Translations under genes and position numbers: made by a program
The notes under the pieces: generated by a model
The model's input: the letters and a program-made list of their open reading frames with translations, nothing else
Databases searched by the model: none
What the model was told of the DNA's origin: nothing
Part shown: in pieces, positions 59,045-64,000 of the stretch
Position numbering within the stretch: position 1 is the stretch's first letter
How the letters are laid out: every line of letters begins with the position of its first letter
Source: Selaginella moellendorffii
Taxonomy: Eukaryota > Plantae > Lycopodiophyta
DNA length: 64,000 nt
Assembly (NCBI RefSeq): GCF_000143415.4
Contig: NW_003314363.1
Coordinates: 186,001 to 250,000 of the forward strand
Direction of reading: 5' to 3'

Positions 59045-60761
59045 ATGGCGACCACCACCACCAACAAGAACGACCAGCTCAACGTTCTCGACGCGCTAGA
59101 CACAGCCAAGACGCAGTGGTATCATGTCACGGCCGTGATCATCTCGGGTATGGGCTTCTTCACCGATGCCTACGATCTCTTTTGCATCTCCCTCCTCACC
59201 AAGCTCCTGGGCCGGATCTACTACTACGACCCCTCCACTGGGACGCCGGGCGAGCTCCCAGTGAGCATCAATGCCGCCGTGAGCGGCATCGCGCTGTGCG
59301 GCACCTTCACGGGCCAGCTCTTCTTCGGCTGGCTGGGCGATCGCCTGGGCCGCAAGAGAGTCTACGGCATCACCTCCATGATCATGGTCGTCTTCTCCAT
59401 CGCCTCGGGCTTCTCGTTTGGATCCAGCGCGCGTGCAGTCATCGGCACGCTCTGCTTCTTCCGCTTCTGGCTGGGATTCGGAATCGGCGGCGACTACCCG
59501 CTGTCCGCGACGATCATGTCCGAGTACGCCAACACCAAGACGCGGGGGGCGTTCGTGGCGGCGGTGTTTGCCATGCAAGGCGTGGGGATCTTGGTGGCGG
59601 CCGTGGTGACCATGGCGGTGTCCGGGGCGTTCATGGTGGCACTCAGAGCCCCCAGCTTCGAGGAGAGCCCCGGACTGTCCACGCCGCACGAGGCCGACTA
59701 CGTGTGGAGGATCGTCTTCATGCTGGGCAGCGTCCCGGCAGCGCTCACGTACTACTGGCGGATGAAGATGCCTGAGACCGCGCGGTACACCGCGCTCGTG
59801 GCCGGGGACCTGGACCGGGCAAACGCCGACATGAGCAAAGTCCTCCAGGTCGACCTCACGGACGATCACCATCGTGGCGTTGATCATCAGGTACTTTGGC
59901 CTCCATTCTCCTTAACGTTTGTTCTTTGGCTTGAAACAGTTCAAGATTGCTAAGAAGGTCCAGGCTCAATCATCCTTCCCGCTCTTTTCATCACGCTTTG
60001 CGAGGAGACACGGCCTCCACCTCTTCGTCACTACCACCACCTGGTTCCTCCAGGCCTTCGCCTTCTACAGCCAACAGCTCTTCCAAAAGGACATCTACAC
60101 CCAGGTGGGATTCATCAAGCCCGCCAAGACCATGTCCGCGCTCCAGGAGGCGCTGGTCACCGCGAGAGCGCAAGCCCTGGTGGCGCTGTGCGGGACGGTC
60201 CCGGGCTACTGGGTCACCGTCGCGCTCATCGATCGCCTGGGCCGCAAGCCCATCCAGCTCCTTGGCTTCCTTATGATGGGCACTTTCATGTATGCTCTGG
60301 CCGTCCCCTACGAGAGCTACTGGCGGGGCAAGCACCTGGACGCCGCCACTGGCAAATACCAAGGCGGCCACAACGTTGGCTTCGTGGTGCTCTTCGCGCT
60401 CACATTCTTCTTCGCCAACTTTGGACCCAACAGCACCACCTTCATCGTCCCCGCGGAGGTGTTCCCCGCGCGGCTGCGCTCGACGTGCCACGGCATCTCC
60501 GCGGGCGTGGGCAAGATTGGATCCATCCTGGGCGCCTTTGGCTTCGTCTACGTGTCGCAGCCGACCAGGAAATCCGAGCTCCCGCGGGGATACCACCACC
60601 CGGGGATTGGGATGAGGAACGCGCTGCTGCTGCTGGCCAGCGCCAGCATGCTGGGCTTCTTCATCTCGCTCCTCATGCCCGAGACCAAAGGTAAGAGCCT
60701 TGAAGAACTCTCTGGTGAAAGCGTCATGAATGAAAGCAAAGTTGATGTTCAAAGTGTTTAG
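59045..60761 (+). CDS. PHT1: PHT1 family phosphate:H+ symporter with one 49-nt intron (59891-59939) and an atypical TM7
   Basis: [12 protein letters not shown], signature [59 protein letters not shown]. Confidence 0.96.
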
Positions 60762-61803
60762 GCTATATTAATAAATTATGGAATTTTCAGTAAACACGCA
60801 TGGAAACCTAAAACGGAAAATGAGAAAGGAGCGTAAAGGAGCGTATAGATTTATCAAGTACCTATGAGAACTATATAAATTTAATTCCAGTTGTAAAGAG
60901 TACTTTTCCCTGCTTCTGGGAGCTCCTTTTGACGTGGCGATCCACCGAGGTGGCAGCGCCATGTGTTTGGCGCCAAAAGCTCAGAAGATTTTTATTGACC
61001 TAGCTTTCGATTCGATCGATGCGCCTGGCAGCAGATCGCGCGCACACACGGGAGGGCGCTGCCGCGACTGGCAGTGAGCGATCCCGCGCTCCCAGAATCC
61101 TTTCTTTTTTCCCCTCTTGCTCCTCCTTTCGCTCTTTTCTTATTGCGATTCTTTGTCGCGTATGTTGCAAAGGCTACGCAACAGAGGCTGAGTGTAGCTG
61201 TAATGATTCCCGAGCCCACAATGTGTCGCATCCATTGCCGTAGCTTTCCACTCTTCTTTTTCGGCTCCTCTACTGGAGAGCTCCAGGCCATTTGCTGCTC
61301 ACAGAGCGCACCATCCCACTGCGATTTGTCCTTCTACGAATCAGATCTTCTGCGCACTGTCGAATGCGAGTATTTTTTTTTTCCCCCTCAATTGACAATT
61401 CCACATTGGTTTTGTGTGATTAGTTTAAAGAAATGAAGATGAGCCAGCGCTATAAAGGGTGGAGGCCTCCTCGTCTCAGGGAAGTGGTGTCTCATTGCAA
61501 AGAATTCCACGCTCCTACAGTCCAGAGGTGCCTCTTCGAAAGCTTGGTGAGTTTTGTCATATTTTTTTTTCTCTCACTCTCTCTCTCTCTCTCACCCCCC
61601 CTCGACCTCCTAGATTCTTTCAGGTTGTTTCGGCTTTCCCGTGTTTTATTTGCTCGCATGCCTCTTCCCCCGGTTCTTCTAGTTCGTGTTTTTGATTTTA
61701 AAATGCACAGTCGATTCGATTTTCATCTAAGCCTACTCACTCAGGACTGTGAGATTCTTTCCCTTGCAGGCTAGCGTTTCACAGCTCCCTTTCGACATCA
61801 GCT

Positions 61804-63005
61804 ATGGGAGTGGTAGCGCTCGAGAGCTTTGAGCCGGCTCTGACACCTTCTCTCGATCACAGGGATAGCCACCACTCTGATCAGGAAATACCATCCATTG
61901 ATCTATTGCCTTTTTTCGAGCCAGATTCATCCCCAGGCATCGCAGCGGGCAGGGAACGAATAATTCAGGAGATCGCCAGAGCCTGCGAAGAATGGGGATT
62001 CTTCCAGGTTGTCAACCACGGCCTCGACTGCGACTTGATAACTCAGTCCCTCCGGGCTTCCAAGGATTTTTTCGATCTCTCCATGGAAGAGAAGATGAAA
62101 GTGAGACCCCCTCCAGGAACTTGTCCCGTGCCCATGGGATTCTGTCACAACAGTGGAATTGACGGCCTTGTGGAGAGAAAGGAACATCTTTTCTTCTTCG
62201 CTGAGGATGGATCACCGACGAAGTCACCTGACAGTTTCTCGAAGTACAACGTTTGGCCGGTAAAGCCACAAAACTTCTGGTAAGACCTCTACTGTTCTTC
62301 TTTCTTCTTTCTTTCTTAGTCTCTGGGATTGATCGCAGCTCAATTGTCCGCGAGCGACTTATTGTCGAGGGCCAGAGAACAGCGATTTTCCTGCTGAGTC
62401 TTATTTCCCGGAGCTTGGGACTGCCGGATAACTTCCTGTACGAGCACTACAAGGAGAAGATGAACGCTCTCATCATGCTCTTCTACCCGGTTTCAGACAT
62501 CCCGGAAGACATCGGCCTCCACAAGCACCAAGATGGGAACATTCTCAGCGTGGTGGCACAGAACGAGACCGAGGGACTCCAGGTCTTGAAGGACGACAAG
62601 TGGATCACAGTCAAGCCACGGACGGGGAGCTTGGTTGTCAACGTTGGCGACATTGTCCAGGTATGCTTTTCTTCTTCGTGATCTCCATTCTTTCATGCTT
62701 AGAAATTCATGGAGCTTTTACTTTGTCTCCCTCAGGTGTGGAGCAACGACAGATACAAAAGCGTCCAGCACCGAGTCATCAACAACGATCAAAACGTCCG
62801 CTACTCGTTCGCCTTCTCCTGTGTTCCTGGAGTGAGCACACTGGTAGCTCCGCTCCCGCAGTTCACTAGCGAGATCCAGCAGGCCCCGCGCTACCGGGAG
62901 TTCCAGTATGGGGAGTACATGATGTACAGATTCGAGAACAAGAAGATCGTATCCAAGAACTCGGAGGAGATCACCATCAAGTACTATTCAACCGCAGAGG
63001 AGTAA
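61804..63005 (+). CDS. 2-oxoglutarate/Fe(II)-dependent dioxygenase (DOXC class), 3 coding exons
   Basis: IPSIDL, ACEEWGFFQVVNHG, HQD iron motif, VVNVGDIVQVWSNDRYKSVQHRV, RYS 2OG motif. Confidence 0.95.
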
Positions 63006-63679
63006 AGATCGCAAGAACAGGAGACACAAGCAGAAGAAAGAAGAAGAAGAAAATCAATGTTAATTATCTGTCGACAGCAACAGGGATAAATCTAACAAAA
63101 AGACACGGGTTATGTTTTTAGGCCGTATTCTTTCTTGTCCGAAAACTTGGCATGACGTCGTGTTTCAGGTGTCCAGAGAGACAGGCATTCTTCCCAAAGA
63201 TGGCGTGACCACCACCGCCACACCGCTTTGCGGTAGGACAGAAGCTTTTCTATTTTATTTTCTCCCTCTCTCAGGCGCAAACGCGAAAGAAAAAGATGGC
63301 AATTTGGAGGAAGCGTCTGCTTGAGAAATCATGAGTAGCATCTCTCTGATGGGGGAAAAAGGGGGAAGAAAGGAAAAAAAACGAAAGAGCTTTGGTTCAA
63401 GAGCTTTGTAGGAGAACCAGCCATTGAGAATCCAAGTGCCTTCCTTACATGCTCCGAGTAAATGGAAGCTCCTTTTGATTCGCTTTCATGGTATACAAAT
63501 GAACACGACACGGCACAAACAATACACAACACAAAGACGCACACGAAACATGCACTGACAAGGCTGGCACAATCTTTTTGACGAGACCCACCTTCCTTGC
63601 TACCGGGCCAAAAAGAAGTTACATTATATAGATATGATCAAGTGGCTCACTGGATATCCAGAAACTCGCATCCCTGTTA

Positions 63680-64000
63680 TGCTAATGGAGGACCATGGGA
63701 ATGATCATCCCCAAAACAGATTGCATGCACCTCGTTTCCAGAGCCAAAGAAAAAATTAGTGGACAAAACCCTCTACCCAAAGACTTTGAAGCATTATTAT
63801 AGAATTTGTAAAGATGCTTGGTTCCATCCTCAGGGATGAGCCATCTCATTGCCATGTCTTTCCATGTCACTTATCTCAGTAGTGGCAACCTCTTTATACA
63901 TGGAAGCAAGAAAAAATAGAGTCAAAGTTCTTCAACTTCCTGATGAACAGCAAGTGCTTCAATGGTGGTTTTCCATTGACATGACAAGAACAATTTCCAA
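63680..64000 (-). mobile_element. Possible decayed retroelement RNase H-like fragment at the window edge
   Basis: The minus strand reads KLKNFDSIFSCFHV*RGCHY*DK, loosely like the F..HV.RE.N..AD end of retroelement RNase H; contains stops. Confidence 0.25.

Overview
This is gene-dense plant nuclear DNA with very short introns (mostly 45-90 nt), tiny intergenic gaps and a PPR gene built from short motifs. That pattern most resembles the lycophyte Selaginella (inference from gene style, not a database match). Recognisable genes, in order: a divergent SAUR pair, a PH-domain gene, an ETR-like MDR reductase, a PLS-E PPR, P5CDH/ALDH12, BPS1/ROH1-like, CAD, DREB2-type AP2/ERF, a Raf-like pseudokinase, GST-zeta, plastid RPS9, a large uncharacterised gene, GT-2 trihelix, ClpP6, TON2/FASS, a NodH-like sulfotransferase, IBR5, gamma-tubulin, a dicarboxylate carrier, an EF-hand/TPR/ZZ protein, an alpha/beta-hydrolase, PHT1 and a 2OG-Fe(II) dioxygenase. 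Two accessory islands hold the most interesting material. The 9.4-17.7 kb island has AT-rich TE relics, a disrupted Pro-rich/TM gene and a divergent SUMO-like ORF. The 56.5-59.0 kb island hides a three-exon gene missed by the ORF track. It encodes a 68-aa secreted precursor ending AHVDYIYDFSP, a phytosulfokine-like sulfopeptide candidate with a non-canonical tail. A decayed tandem copy lies upstream. Directly downstream is a PHT1 whose conserved phosphate-binding Asp is replaced by Ala. All exon structures were read by eye and no database searches were run.
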